Of a stretch of 64,000 nucleotides of DNA, positions 53,422-64,000 are shown piece by piece. The position numbers were made by a program, and so were the translations under genes. The notes beneath the pieces were generated by a model. The model was not told where the DNA came from, did not search any database, and was given only the letters and a program-made list of their open reading frames with translations. Source of the DNA: Octopus bimaculoides (Eukaryota); NCBI RefSeq assembly GCF_001194135.2, contig NC_068999.1, positions 38,521,007-38,585,006 on the forward strand, given 5' to 3'. Every line of letters begins with the position of its first letter. Within the stretch, counting starts at the first letter, position 1.

Positions 53422-54208
53422 NNNNNNNNNNNNNNNNNNNNNNNNNNNNNNNNNNNNNNNNNNNNNNNNNNNNNNNNNNNNNNNNNNNNNNNNNNNNNNN
53501 NNNNNNNNNNNNNNNNNNNNNNNNNNNNNNNNNNNNNNNNNNNNNNNNNNNNNNNNNNNNNNNNNNNNNNNNNNNNNNNNNNNNNNNNNNNNNNNNNNNN
53601 NNNNNNNNNNNNNNNNNNNNNNNNNNNNNNNNNNNNNNNNNNNNNNNNNNNNNNNNNNNNNNNNNNNNNNNNNNNNNNNNNNNNNNNNNNNNNNNNNNNN
53701 NNNNNNNNNNNNNNNNNNNNNNNNNNNNNNNNNNNNNNNNNNNNNNNNNNNNNNNNNNNNNNNNNNNNNNNNNNNNNNNNNNNNNNNNNNNNNNNNNNNN
53801 NNNNNNNNNNNNNNNNNNNNNNNNNNNNNNNNNNNNNNNNNNNNNNNNNNNNNNNNNNNNNNNNNNNNNNNNNNNNNNNNNNNNNNNNNNNNNNNNNNNN
53901 NNNNNNNNNNNNNNNNNNNNNNNNNNNNNNNNNNNNNNNNNNNNNNNNNNNNNNNNNNNNNNNNNNNNNNNNNNNNNNNNNNNNNNNNNNNNNNNNNNNN
54001 NNNNNNNNNNNNNNNNNNNNNNNNNNNNNNNNNNNNNNNNNNNNNNNNNNNNNNNNNNNNNNNNNNNNNNNNNNNNNNNNNNNNNNNNNNNNNNNNNNNN
54101 NNNNNNNNNNNNNNNNNNNNNNNNNNNNNNNNNNNNNNNNNNNNNNNNNNNNNNNNNNNNNNNNNNNNNNNNNNNNNNNNNNNNNNNNNNNNNNNNNNNN
54201 NNNNNNNN

Positions 54209-54245
<37 letters not shown>

Positions 54246-54247
<2 letters not shown>

Positions 54248-54375
54248 TTTCCAACCACATAGTTCCAGGCTCAGTCCCGTTGCATGGCATCTTGGACAAG
54301 TGTTTTCTGTTATAATCTCAGGCCTACCAGGACCTTGTAAATGGATTTGTTAGATGGAACCAGAAAGAAGCCTGT
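54246..54375 (+). mobile_element. Family A head fragment
   Basis: ttccaaccacatagttccaggctcagtcccgttgcatggcatcttggacaagtg. Confidence 0.7.
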
Positions 54376-55295
54376 CATATATACAACATTTCAAATGTCC
54401 TGTAACCATCCGGCCTACTTTCTCCTCAGCTCCATACAACGTTTTAATCTGCTGGGCTAACCACCAGGACTAACCAGAACTCCAGTAAACCTACGAACCC
54501 TGCTGCTGTTTTGTGTATGGATTATGAAGGCAGTAGGGACCCCAGGCACAAAAGCCTGAGCTACACTCCATATGGATTTTCTAGTAGATTCTGTATGTGC
54601 TAATAAAAGCAGCCAAGCATTCCTCAAATCCTTTTATATATATGAAAGAAAAATGATACAGTAGTATGTTACATTATGACTTCATCATATAATGTCAATG
54701 GGATGGTCAGAACTGGACCATCCTTTTTCATACTGGTTCTACTGGATCAGAAATGACCTGAGGCTGATCAATAACTTCTGACCCCATTTCTCCACTTGTT
54801 TTCTCTGAAGAATTCATCTGGGACTTTCTCAGACAGAAATAAACTTGGGTCTTTATTTATTCTCCTTCAAACTCATATTAGTCAGAAAAAAAAACAAAAA
54901 AGAAAAACAAATATGACGAAAAAGTTTTAAAAAATTGTTCCAATTGTTATTTTTAATTCTATACTTTTTAATGTTTTCACTTGTTTTTATTTGAGTTTTT
55001 TTTCTTAAAAGATTCATTATTTCTTTAATTAACACTGAAATATGCACTAGTTATTTTGCTTCTCACAGACTGGAAGCTCAGCAACTTTTTTTTCTTTCAT
55101 TTTCATAATTTTAATTACAAAATCAATTAAGAATAAAAAATGTATTTGAAGCTACTTCACTTTCTCCATTTTTACTTTTCTTTTCACATTTGATTTTTTT
55201 ATTCTAATCGGAATTTATTATGTCTGGAAGTCTGTATTTTTTTCAATATTAATATATTCCCAAATTACATTCCATTTCTCAATGTTCCATTGCAG

Positions 55296-55385
55296 AATTC
55301 TCGAGTGGCAATCCGTAACATGGAAAATAAAATATACAAACTTGACCAAGATGCTTTGAAGCAAGAAGCTCTTCTTTATACACAG
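55296..55385 (+). CDS. CCDC39: CCDC39 internal coding exon (90 bp, phase 0/0); not in the supplied ORF track
   Basis: Acceptor ttccattgcAG and donor GTaaat at 55386. Translation NSRVAIRNMENKIYKLDQDALKQEALLYTQ matches human [30 protein letters not shown] and continues the frame of the previous exon. The preceding intron is 16245 bp. Confidence 0.9.
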
Positions 55386-55424
55386 GTAAATGTTTCAGTA
55401 TTTTTTGCTTTATTTTCCCCACCT

Positions 55425-55800
55425 GGAGCAGGCATGGATGTGTGATTAAGAAGTTTACATCATGACCATGTGGTGTCAGGTTCAATCCCACTTAGTGGCA
55501 CTTTTGGGAAAGTGTCTTCTATGATAGACCTGGGACGACCAATGCTTATTGAATGAATCTGGTGCTGTGCGGAAGCTCACTGTGAGTATATATATGTGTT
55601 TGTGTGTGTATGTATGTATATGCCTAGCTAGTGCCATGTAAAACGTCTTCATTCCTGTGCCATTTAAAAACAACCATGCTTGCGCCATGAAAACAAGCAC
55701 CCAGTACACTCTGTAAAGTGGTTGGTATTAGGAAGGGCATCGTGTCATAAAAATCATGCCAGAACGGACAACTGGAGCCTGGTACAGCTCTCCATGGTAG
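55425..55800 (+). mobile_element. Family A head + hinge + family B tail (degenerate)
   Basis: ggagcaggcatggatgtgtgattaagaag...caggttcaatcccac...gtggttggtattaggaagggcatc. Confidence 0.75.
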
Positions 55801-56208
55801 AAATATATTAGATCTTTTATCTACGGGGTCAAAGCTGGTCAAGAGATAAACAGCAACACCATAGCTGTCACAAGTGCCATAACTGTTAGAGCCATTAACA
55901 GCTGTTACTGAACATACTAGAAGTAGTAACTGAATTCTGCCTCCAATCTACTTCAATCTCTGCTTAACATTTCAAAAGAAGGGAAGCAAATTTGATAATA
56001 AGGTGTTAGGAAAATGATTATGACAGAAAGTAAATGAAAGGGTAGTGATAGATAGAACAGATCTGCTCTGTGACTAAGTAACAAAAACAACAACTGAAAT
56101 AAGAACCTATATGGATATAAATCAAGAAAATAGAGTAACAACTGCTCCATGCTTGATCAAATTACTTGAAATAGCAGCTTAATTTCCTTCAAATCACACT
56201 GTACCATT

Positions 56209-56440
56209 TTAACATTATTATGCCACCCTGTCCAAGACTGCCTCCTGTTCTGTGATGCAAACTTCCTGTATTCAGGTGATCTTAATTAAATTCCTCCATC
56301 AAAATTTCATATTAATTTACGTTCCAAACATCAGATTAATAATGACAATATTGTTTTTATTAAATTTGTCATGATTTTAAAAATCGATTGAAACAAAATC
56401 AGTGGATTTTTCAACAGAAAAATTGTAACAAAAGAATTAA
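56209..56440. mobile_element. TTAA-ended MITE, degenerate full-length copy
   Basis: TTAA at both ends. The internal gatcttaattaaattcctccatcaaaatttcatattaatttacgttccaaacatcagattaataatgac matches the reverse complement of 1065-1135. Confidence 0.6.
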
Positions 56441-57604
56441 ACAAAGAAAGATCATATGTTAACATAGTCCTTCGTGTCCCTAAAAAAACAGGTTGGTCAT
56501 GTTTGGGAAGCCTTTGATCATAAGTTTTATTGATCAAGGTTGACTTAGGGCTAAAGCACAATGTAAAAGAAACACATTCTATATAAAATCTTCTTACATC
56601 CTTCATCTATTTTAGTTCAGAGTTGTTACATTTTTAATCATCAAAGCCAAGAAAGTAATTTTTCTTCTTAAGAAAGACGAACATCGAGAGAAACGGATGT
56701 GAGACTTTGATTAGGCAAAAGTAAAGCTGCATCTTGTGTATTCATCCTTATTGTAGCCTAATCTCAAAATAAAATTGCTGTAAAACTATTATTGACTGTT
56801 AACGTTAGATAATGGCATGAATAATACCTTTTGTGGATTCTGTGACTTGATAGCAGCCTTTTTGGTAAATGGAATTATTCAAAGATAAAGGCATTGGACT
56901 GAAGTCATCTCATTTTCATTATCCTCATTTTTGAAATCCCTTGCTTGCATTGTGGTACAGATTAAAGGGTTTAAACTACACCTGAAGCTTTCTTTGCATT
57001 TTGGTTTAGATCCTCAGAATAGGATCCATTTCTTCACAAATATTCCTTAGCCTTCTTTTCTGGCAATGATTCATTGTATTCAATCTTCTGAGGTAAGCTG
57101 CTTGTGGATATTTGGCCAGGTAAAAATAACAGCCAAAATTTCTTCAAATCTTATCATCTTGAAAAAAGGGCATCTTTCTTGAAATATAAGATCATTAAAA
57201 ACCTTAAAGAATTATTAATTGGACAATGCAGTCATATATATATGATGAAGGCCTCATGATCACAACAGAAACATCTTTTCGTTCAGTTATTCCTGATTAA
57301 GCTTGTCTTGCAGCTGAACAATGACAATAATGAGAACTTGGTAAATTTTACTATATATACTGACAAAAAAAAGAGGGACATTTTGTTTATTTTCCTCAAA
57401 AGAAACAAGGTGACTCCCCTGTCAACTACAGACAGGTCAAACATATTTATGACTTCTCATATATACTGTGGCTATCGTTGTTATGGGTAGTAATATTGTT
57501 TGCAGTGTTGTTATTGTTGTTCTCATTTACCATCACATCAGCCCATTTTATTAGACCCAGGACCATAAGAATTGCAGCAGTGATTGTCCCCTATGCATAC
57601 ATAC

Positions 57605-57660
<56 letters not shown>

Positions 57661-58066
57661 ATTATATATATAGTATTATTTAGTTGAATGGCTTCCCTTT
57701 GATCATTATTTATTTTCTTAGTGATGTTTTCAATAGAATTTGGATTAATCCTCTTATGATAACTCTGAAATTAAATTATAAAAGATAATCCCACAAATTC
57801 TATAACATGTTAAGAATACTTTGTGGACATTATTATTTTGTATGATGCAACCAAGAGTCAAATTTGGCCACATGAAATCAATTAAAAATCTGATATAGTT
57901 TAATATGAAGGGCAAGATTTTCAATATCCTCAAGAAGCATTATTTTTCCTTTCCTTTTCAAGAAATGTTTTTACATTATTACAGAATGAGAAAACAATTT
58001 TGTTAAACCCCTTACCATTTATTAAACTATAATTGCAATATATGGTTTGTTTTCATTTCTTTGCAG

Positions 58067-58231
58067 GATTTAGCTATTGATAGCTTGAACAAAAGGATTG
58101 CCAGCATGGAGGGGGAGGTTGATTTGGATGATCTTAATCAAAAGAAAGCTGATATCAAATCTCTTACTGAAACACTCGAAGAAAAAAAGGCAACTCATAG
58201 AATGCTGGAAAGCCAACTAAATAGATTAAAG
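58067..58231 (+). CDS. CCDC39: CCDC39 internal coding exon (165 bp, phase 0/0)
   Basis: Acceptor tttcatttctttgcAG and donor GTttgt at 58232. Translation DLAIDSLNKRIASMEGEVDLDDLNQKKADIKSLTETLEEKKATHRMLESQLNRLK matches human [55 protein letters not shown]. The preceding intron is 2681 bp. Confidence 0.92.
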
Positions 58232-58272
58232 GTTTGTTCACTGATTATATTCTCAGGTGTATTTCTTTATGA

Positions 58273-58825
58273 TGGACAGGCACGACTGTACCTACGAAGC
58301 TTACTTTCTGACTGTGTGGTTTTGAGCTCAATCCCACTGCACAGCAACTTGGACATATATCTTCTACATTTCCACTATTGTCCCGGACCAACCAAAACCT
58401 TGTGAGTGAGTTTGGAAAATGGAAACTTAAAGAATCTCATCGTTTATCTATCTGTCTGTATCCGTGTGTTTGTCTGTCTGTCTCTCTTTCTATATATATA
58501 TGTATATATAGAGATATAGATATACATACATACATACATACATGTGTGTGTGTGTGTGTACATATATATAATATATGTGTGTGTGTGATGTTCTTGCCTT
58601 GACTTCATGTGGTCTTTCTAAAGAAGCATCAGCATCATATATGCAATGCTATTCATTTCCTGTCTTCCATGAAAAACATGCCCACCCACAGGGAAATATT
58701 ACTTTGATGATGATGATGTAGGAAACAAGTAAAGAGGGAGTGCATATGACCATAGAATATCTGCCTCAGCAACTTATGTCTGACCCATGCAAGCATTGAA
58801 ATGTGGATGTTAAAATGATGACAAT
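58273..58825 (+). mobile_element. Family A head + hinge + family G tail (degenerate)
   Basis: ggacaggcacgactgt...gagctcaatcccactgc...accaaaaccttgtgagtg...ctgacccatgcaagcattgaaatgtggatgttaaaatgatgac. Confidence 0.7.
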
Positions 58826-60729
58826 CAGAGGCATTTATTCCAGATGTGCTAGGAGTGTGCTACAAACCCATCAAAAATGGCAAATTCATTATAAATAATA
58901 ACCTTACTCATTAATTTAATCACAAATCTTAATGGAAAACTTCTGTTATACATCTGCTTGAAATTTGGTGGCAGTGGGGCAGCATACCCCATACAACAGC
59001 CATCATATGCCCCTTATGACGATGATTGTTGTGCTGGTCTTAGTGTTTTACATTTTACTATGTTTCTATTTTACCATTTTATGACTTTGCAATGTGTAAC
59101 ACTGGTGAAGTGTTTGACAATGAAGACATGTCAAAATTGTCAGGAAAGGGGTAAGTGAGGTGGAAGAAATCATATCTGATTTCTTGTTAAAGTAAAAACC
59201 AGGGCCTGACAATAGTGAATTATCAATAAGCACAGGGACCTCATTAGATTGTTTACAGTATCATAGACAGAACTGAAAAGGGCAAAGGGTCATGTTATGA
59301 TGTTAAACTAGGTTAATTATTGCCTCTGCTACCCAATAAGAAATTCATATGGTTTCCCTGCAAAGTTTACATCCATCAAATTTCATTTGGAGTGAATTGA
59401 AGTGGGACTAAAATCTCAATTGAACAAAGTTTTCAGGTAGTGAGTTCAAATACAGGAGGGTAAAGAAAATTACTCAATAATGTGGCCACATCTGCAACCA
59501 GAAGAATAACCACTTGTACAATTTAAAAATTAATTTCTTTTGTAAAGTTTAATATGCTTCCTGTTGTAGTATTTAAATAACAAATCTTATAAGTGTTTAC
59601 ATCAGTAAGAGATATAGTGTCTGAGAGGTTAATGTGTTGCACTTCTGACAAAGTGGACATAAGTTCAAAACTCAGAGCTGCCTGACAACCCTGTCCCTAA
59701 GTAATACAATAGGCCCACACTAGGGGCTTCAGATTTACTTTTATTTAGCTTAATCAAAGAGAAAAGTAATATCCCTATAGCCTATTTCCAAGGGATTCCA
59801 AAACAGAAAGAGAGCAAGTAAAACTCAAACTAGAGACATGACCATTAATTCTTGTGAAAGGAACATCCAGGGGCCAGATGCTGCTGTTGAAAAGGGTGAT
59901 GGTTTAAGTCTGCTATCCAAGAACACCAGTTTTAAGGGTTAACAGTAGGATGTTTTTCATTTGTAAGTATAAAGAAAAGTGCATAAGCAACAAAGAAGCC
60001 AAAAGTGTGGTTGCTGGGCCCAACAAAAAGTGCCAAGTTATACTCTTTCACTTCATATACTACAGACTTTAAAATCAAAGCATTTGATAAAAAAAAAATT
60101 TAAAAAACAGCTGTGGAAAGTGGGTTGCTTAAGCTATAACGAGAATTACAATTGGGGCAGCAAGTGGAAAAAGATGTAAAATTAATCCAACCTTTGGAAG
60201 CATGGTAAAATGAAAATAAATGAGATAAAGGTAAAAGTGAATTAATTGCCAATTCAATTTGTAAAACAAGTTAATATGGAGAAGGCGAAAGAAAAGACCA
60301 AAAAGGAAATATTAAATCATTGCATCACATGATATTGATACTACTACTACTACTGCTGCAGCCACCACCACTTCTACCACCACCACCACCATCACTACTA
60401 CTACTATAATTATTATCTTCAGCTAATTTTCTTAACAGCAATATCTAATTAATAGACGGGTCATCACTTTAGTGTTGGTTATTACGTATTAAAATTAAAA
60501 TAAGGCAAATTCAATGACAGCTTGTTGTTCAGATAATAAAGTCTTAATGAAGATATTTTTTTTTCTTTTGCAAAACTTAATCTTAGAAATGATTGGCAAA
60601 AATAATTTAGCTGTCTAATAGAAAATTTAAGAATTTGGATGGATGATTTATGATTTCAAGTTTAAGATACGCTTTAAATATATTAATTTAAGTTATGTAA
60701 CTCATTATCATTATTATTATCATTAAAAA

Positions 60730-60943
60730 AGGTTGCGAGCTGGCAGAATCATTAGCACGCCGGGCAAAATGCGTAGCAGTATTTCACCTGTCACTAGATT
60801 CTGAGTTCAAATTCTGCCAAGGTCGACTTTGCCTTTCATCCTTTTGGAGGTTGAAAAGTTAAGTACCAGTGAAACACTGGGATTGATGTTATCAACTAGT
60901 CCTTTCCTCCAAAATTTCAGGCCTTGTGCCTTTAATAGAAAGG

Positions 60944-60980
<37 letters not shown>
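60730..60980 (+). mobile_element. Young full-length family C (Nin-type) SINE with an (ATT)n tail
   Basis: gcgagctggcagaatcattagcacgccgggcaaaatgcg...gagttcaaattctgccaaggtcgactttgcctttcatcc. Confidence 0.9.
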
Positions 60981-60981
<1 letters not shown>

Positions 60982-60983
60982 CT

Positions 60984-61182
60984 CGTGCTGGTGACACGTA
61001 AAAGCACCCACTACACTCTCTGAGTGGTTGGCGTTAGGAAGGGCATCCAGTTGTAGAAACTCTGCCAAATTAGATTGGAGCCTGGTGTTGCCATCCAGTT
61101 TCACCAGTCCTCAGTCAAATCATCCAACCCATGCTAGCATGGAAAGCGGACGTTAAACGATGATGATGATGATGATGATGAT
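60984..61182 (+). mobile_element. Young 5'-truncated family B RTE-type tail
   Basis: ggtgacacgtaaaagcacccactacactctctgagtggttggcgttagg...gcggacgttaaac(GAT)n. Confidence 0.9.
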
Positions 61183-61589
61183 TATTATCATTATAAAGGA
61201 AATTTCTTTCAATATTGTTTCCATTTCTTGCTAAGTGTCTTCCTGACCCCTAGGACAAAAAAGACCTCACTGTATACATTGGTGGGGCATTAAACTAAAC
61301 ACACTAGATTGTTCATTTACAAGTTATGTGAAAGAAGAAAAAAGAAAACAGAGAAAAAGAAAGAAAAAGGAAACTTTACTGGGGTGGCAATCATTCTCAG
61401 AATGACAATGCCCTTCTCAATATCTGTGAAATAGCAGTTAAAACAATTTTTTACACTTCTTGCGGAGAAGGTAAGCAAGGGATCATTCTCACATAGTCTT
61501 ATCATTATTATCATTGTTTTTATTTTTAAGAGTGGTAGGCTAATACAATCATTAGAGAATTGGAAAAAAAAAATTGTGGTGTTTGTTCC

Positions 61590-61978
61590 ACACATTCTTA
61601 GTTCAAATGCTTTTCAGGGTTGATAAAATAAGTACCAGTTACACACTGGAGGTCGATGTAATCGACTCAACTCCTACCCTCAAAATTGCTGCCCTTGTGG
61701 CATAATTTGAAACTATTATTATTATTATTATGAAGCTAGCAGAATTGTTAGCATGCCAGGCAAAATGTTTAGCATCATTTCATCCATCGCGCCATTCTGA
61801 GTTCAAATTCCACCAAGGTCTACTTTGCCTTTCATCCTTTCAGAGTCGATAAATTAAGTACCAGTGAAACACTGGGGTCGAGGTAATTGACTAGTCCCTC
61901 CCTCAAAATTTCAGGACTTGTACCTTTAGTAGAGGGGATTATTATTATTATTATTATTGTTATTATTATTATTATTAC

Positions 61979-62011
<33 letters not shown>

Positions 62012-62015
62012 CATC
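61590..62015 (+). mobile_element. Tandem family C SINEs (partial + full) with long (ATT)n tails
   Basis: Two gataaa(a/t)taagtaccag...ctgg(a)ggtcga motifs, at about 61620 and about 61850. Confidence 0.8.
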
Positions 62016-62659
62016 ATCAAATATTTATATTACAGACAGAATCGATGAAGACCACATATTTTAGTGATTAGGCATAGACCAGTGAATCAAGACCAATCAA
62101 TAATTTCATATATTGATATATTTTGCAATCATAATTCTAATTATTAAAATTATTAAATAATTAATATAAAAAATTACTAATTATTCAATCAATAATTTTA
62201 ATTACTAAATGTTACAATTTGAAAATGTGTTTTTGTCATGAAAATTTCATTCAAAAAAAGGCAAATTTAAATTTCTCTTAGTTGTTAAGTTATCTTTGTA
62301 GCAGGAGACTGAATATTAAAGACAATCCAGCCTTGACCACACCACAATTTTATCTCACATAATTCACTAATATTAAATAATTCATTCTTCACTGGCAGTA
62401 GGGTGTTATTTAGCTGTTATTTCTTATTAGTCAATCAGCTGCTCTAGTCTTGTGTGTCTGGAAAAAAAAGGGTTGGAGGTAGATTTTCTATGATCAGATT
62501 CCCTTCCTGTCATCAGCCTTCACCTGTCACCAATCAAGACAGGAAATGATCAGAATTGTTGGAACGATGTTGATATTCATTCACAATTGTCACGTGATGT
62601 CAAGGTTACACAGAAGCGCACATACACATACATTTACATGTATAGACACACACACACAC

Positions 62660-62820
62660 ACACACAATCAGCTTCTTTCAGTTTCTCTCTCCCAAATCCA
62701 CTTACAAGGCCTTATAGTTGGTTTGGGTCTGTAATAGAAGACCCTTGCACAGTGCTGCCAAGTAGGACTGAACCCAACATGTCATAGTTGGAAAGCAAGC
62801 TTCTTAGCTACTCAGCCATG
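62660..62820 (-). mobile_element. Family A head
   Basis: cagcttctttcagtttctctctcccaaatccacttacaaggcctt...gactgaacccaacatgtcatagttggaaagcaagcttctt. Confidence 0.7.
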
Positions 62821-63694
62821 CTTAGTAAATGAAAAATGATTTTAGAAAGACAAAAATGTAAAAAGAAAAAAAAGAGAAAAAATTTAAATAATGTATGTGA
62901 GTATTTTCTTGAAGATATGAGAAATTTAATCTGATTTGTCTTTTATTTTATGTGAAGCAAATGATTTGTAATCCTCAGATGGAAATTGTCTGGCTTCTAA
63001 ATGGCATCACTGATTTGCTGTCAGTTGAAGTTTATTGGTAAAGAGGAATTCATGTTAGTACCAGTTTTGAATTGTACAAAATATGGTTTAGCATGCCGTT
63101 GTTGTGGATTTGTAGACAACGAATTTGCCAATAAAATGTACTTTGCATGCATCGAATAAGTATTGAATTTTGCTGAAGATTGGAAAATGTACTTGTTGAA
63201 GAAAATGTGTCACATTTGAAGTGGTCAGAAAATGGCATTTTCTCTTTACGTTATGGATTTTCCCCTTGCTGCATTTTAATAATGGAATTACAGCAGCTTA
63301 TTTTGCCTTCATAAAGAATAAATATGATTTCGGGACTGAAACAGTTGCTCCAAGGCTGAAAGCATCAAGTAAAAAGAATTTGTGTCACCAGCAGCAATTC
63401 TATTCTACTTTTATCTTTTAGGAAATATGTCATCACTAGGACTGCACACAACAAACACTGCTGCTAAAAGTTGTTGTTGTAACACATAAGCTTTCTCTCA
63501 CTCTCACTCTCTCACTCTCTCTCTCTCTCTTCTCCCATTTGTATTTTCCTTCTTAAGATCTTCATCTTTCTTTCTTTTTTGTGTGTGAGCATGTGCGCAT
63601 ATAAGCTTCTGCATATGACGATACATACATATATACACACACATACATAGATACATGCATGTATGTATGTATCTATGTATATAAATTTGTATAT

Positions 63695-63728
<34 letters not shown>

Positions 63729-63730
63729 GG

Positions 63731-64000
63731 GTTGTTGCCAGTGCCCCTGGACTGGCTTGCGGGTGACAGCGAGATCGTTGCTGGTGCCCCTGGGCCGGCT
63801 TGCGGGTGACAGCGAGATCGTTGCCGGTGCCCCTGGGCCGGCTTGCGGGTGACACATGAGGGTTTTCGAGCGAGGTCGTTGCCGGTGTCACCAGACTGGC
63901 TCATGTGCGGGTGACACATGAAATCTTTCGAGCGGGATCGTTGCCAATGCCCCTGGACTGGCTCATGTGCAGGCGACACATGAAATCTTTCGAGCGGGAT
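63731..64000 (+). repeat. GC/CpG-rich minisatellite (43, 43, 58, 62, 62+ bp units) within a family B RTE 3' region; continues beyond the window
   Basis: Units begin gttgc at 63734, 63777, 63820, 63878 and 63940. The unit is homologous to the two units at 38206-38330 (minus) and to 29590-29650. Confidence 0.85.

Larger units (their letters stand above)
1898..54208. other. Fourteen assembly gaps (N runs), about 5.6 kb in total
   Basis: Approximately 1898-1907, 4182-4767, 11398-11481, 13268-13286, 13944-14329, 18868-19585, 20526-20534, 23528-23556, 41513-41974, 42888-43487, 47115-48019, 49079-49305, 50188-50969 and 53422-54208. Most are bounded by (TA)n/(GA)n or by young repeats. Confidence 0.98.

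Noticed and set aside
54480-54630. LTR-like block with AATAAA
   Set aside because: No TG..CA ends, TSD, PBS or second copy is visible.
59040-59160. Candidate next CCDC39 exon ending at GTAAGT
   Set aside because: The translation does not resemble the expected NDLYFIKK.. segment; the next exon probably lies beyond the window.
1595-63979. About 200 ORFs in the supplied track (YIYI, CVCV, HTHT, LSLS, poly-X and similar)
   Set aside because: They are translations of microsatellites, SINE bodies or N runs. Only the ORFs at 38754 and 58061 contain real exons.
63731-64000. CRISPR-like repeat-spacer array
   Set aside because: The units are contiguous homologous repeats without unique spacers, in a eukaryotic retroelement context.

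Overview
Eukaryotic, AT-rich, microsatellite-saturated genomic DNA with about 5.6 kb of N gaps (14 gaps). The repeat families and SSR density point to a coleoid cephalopod, most likely Octopus (inference from recognised repeat families, not a database match). Almost the whole window is intronic sequence of one + strand gene. Three coding exons (38813-39050, 55296-55385, 58067-58231) splice in frame through canonical AG/GT sites and give a coiled-coil peptide colinear with the middle of CCDC39, the axonemal 96-nm ruler subunit. No other exon is visible. The introns hold dozens of tRNA-derived SINEs (CORE-like, Nin-like and Meta-like bodies), RTE-type 3' tails ending in (GAT)n, mariner remnants, a TTAA-ended MITE family and a Helitron-like 5' end. 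Nearly all ORFs in the supplied track are artefacts of microsatellites, SINEs or N runs. The most notable unexplained structure is at 6404-6670: a near-perfect 98-bp-arm inverted repeat between (TA)n tracts. Each arm carries a minimal type I hammerhead ribozyme motif with a palindromic stem III, the architecture known from Penelope-like element pLTRs and retrozymes. There is no CRISPR array, rRNA or bona fide tRNA gene.
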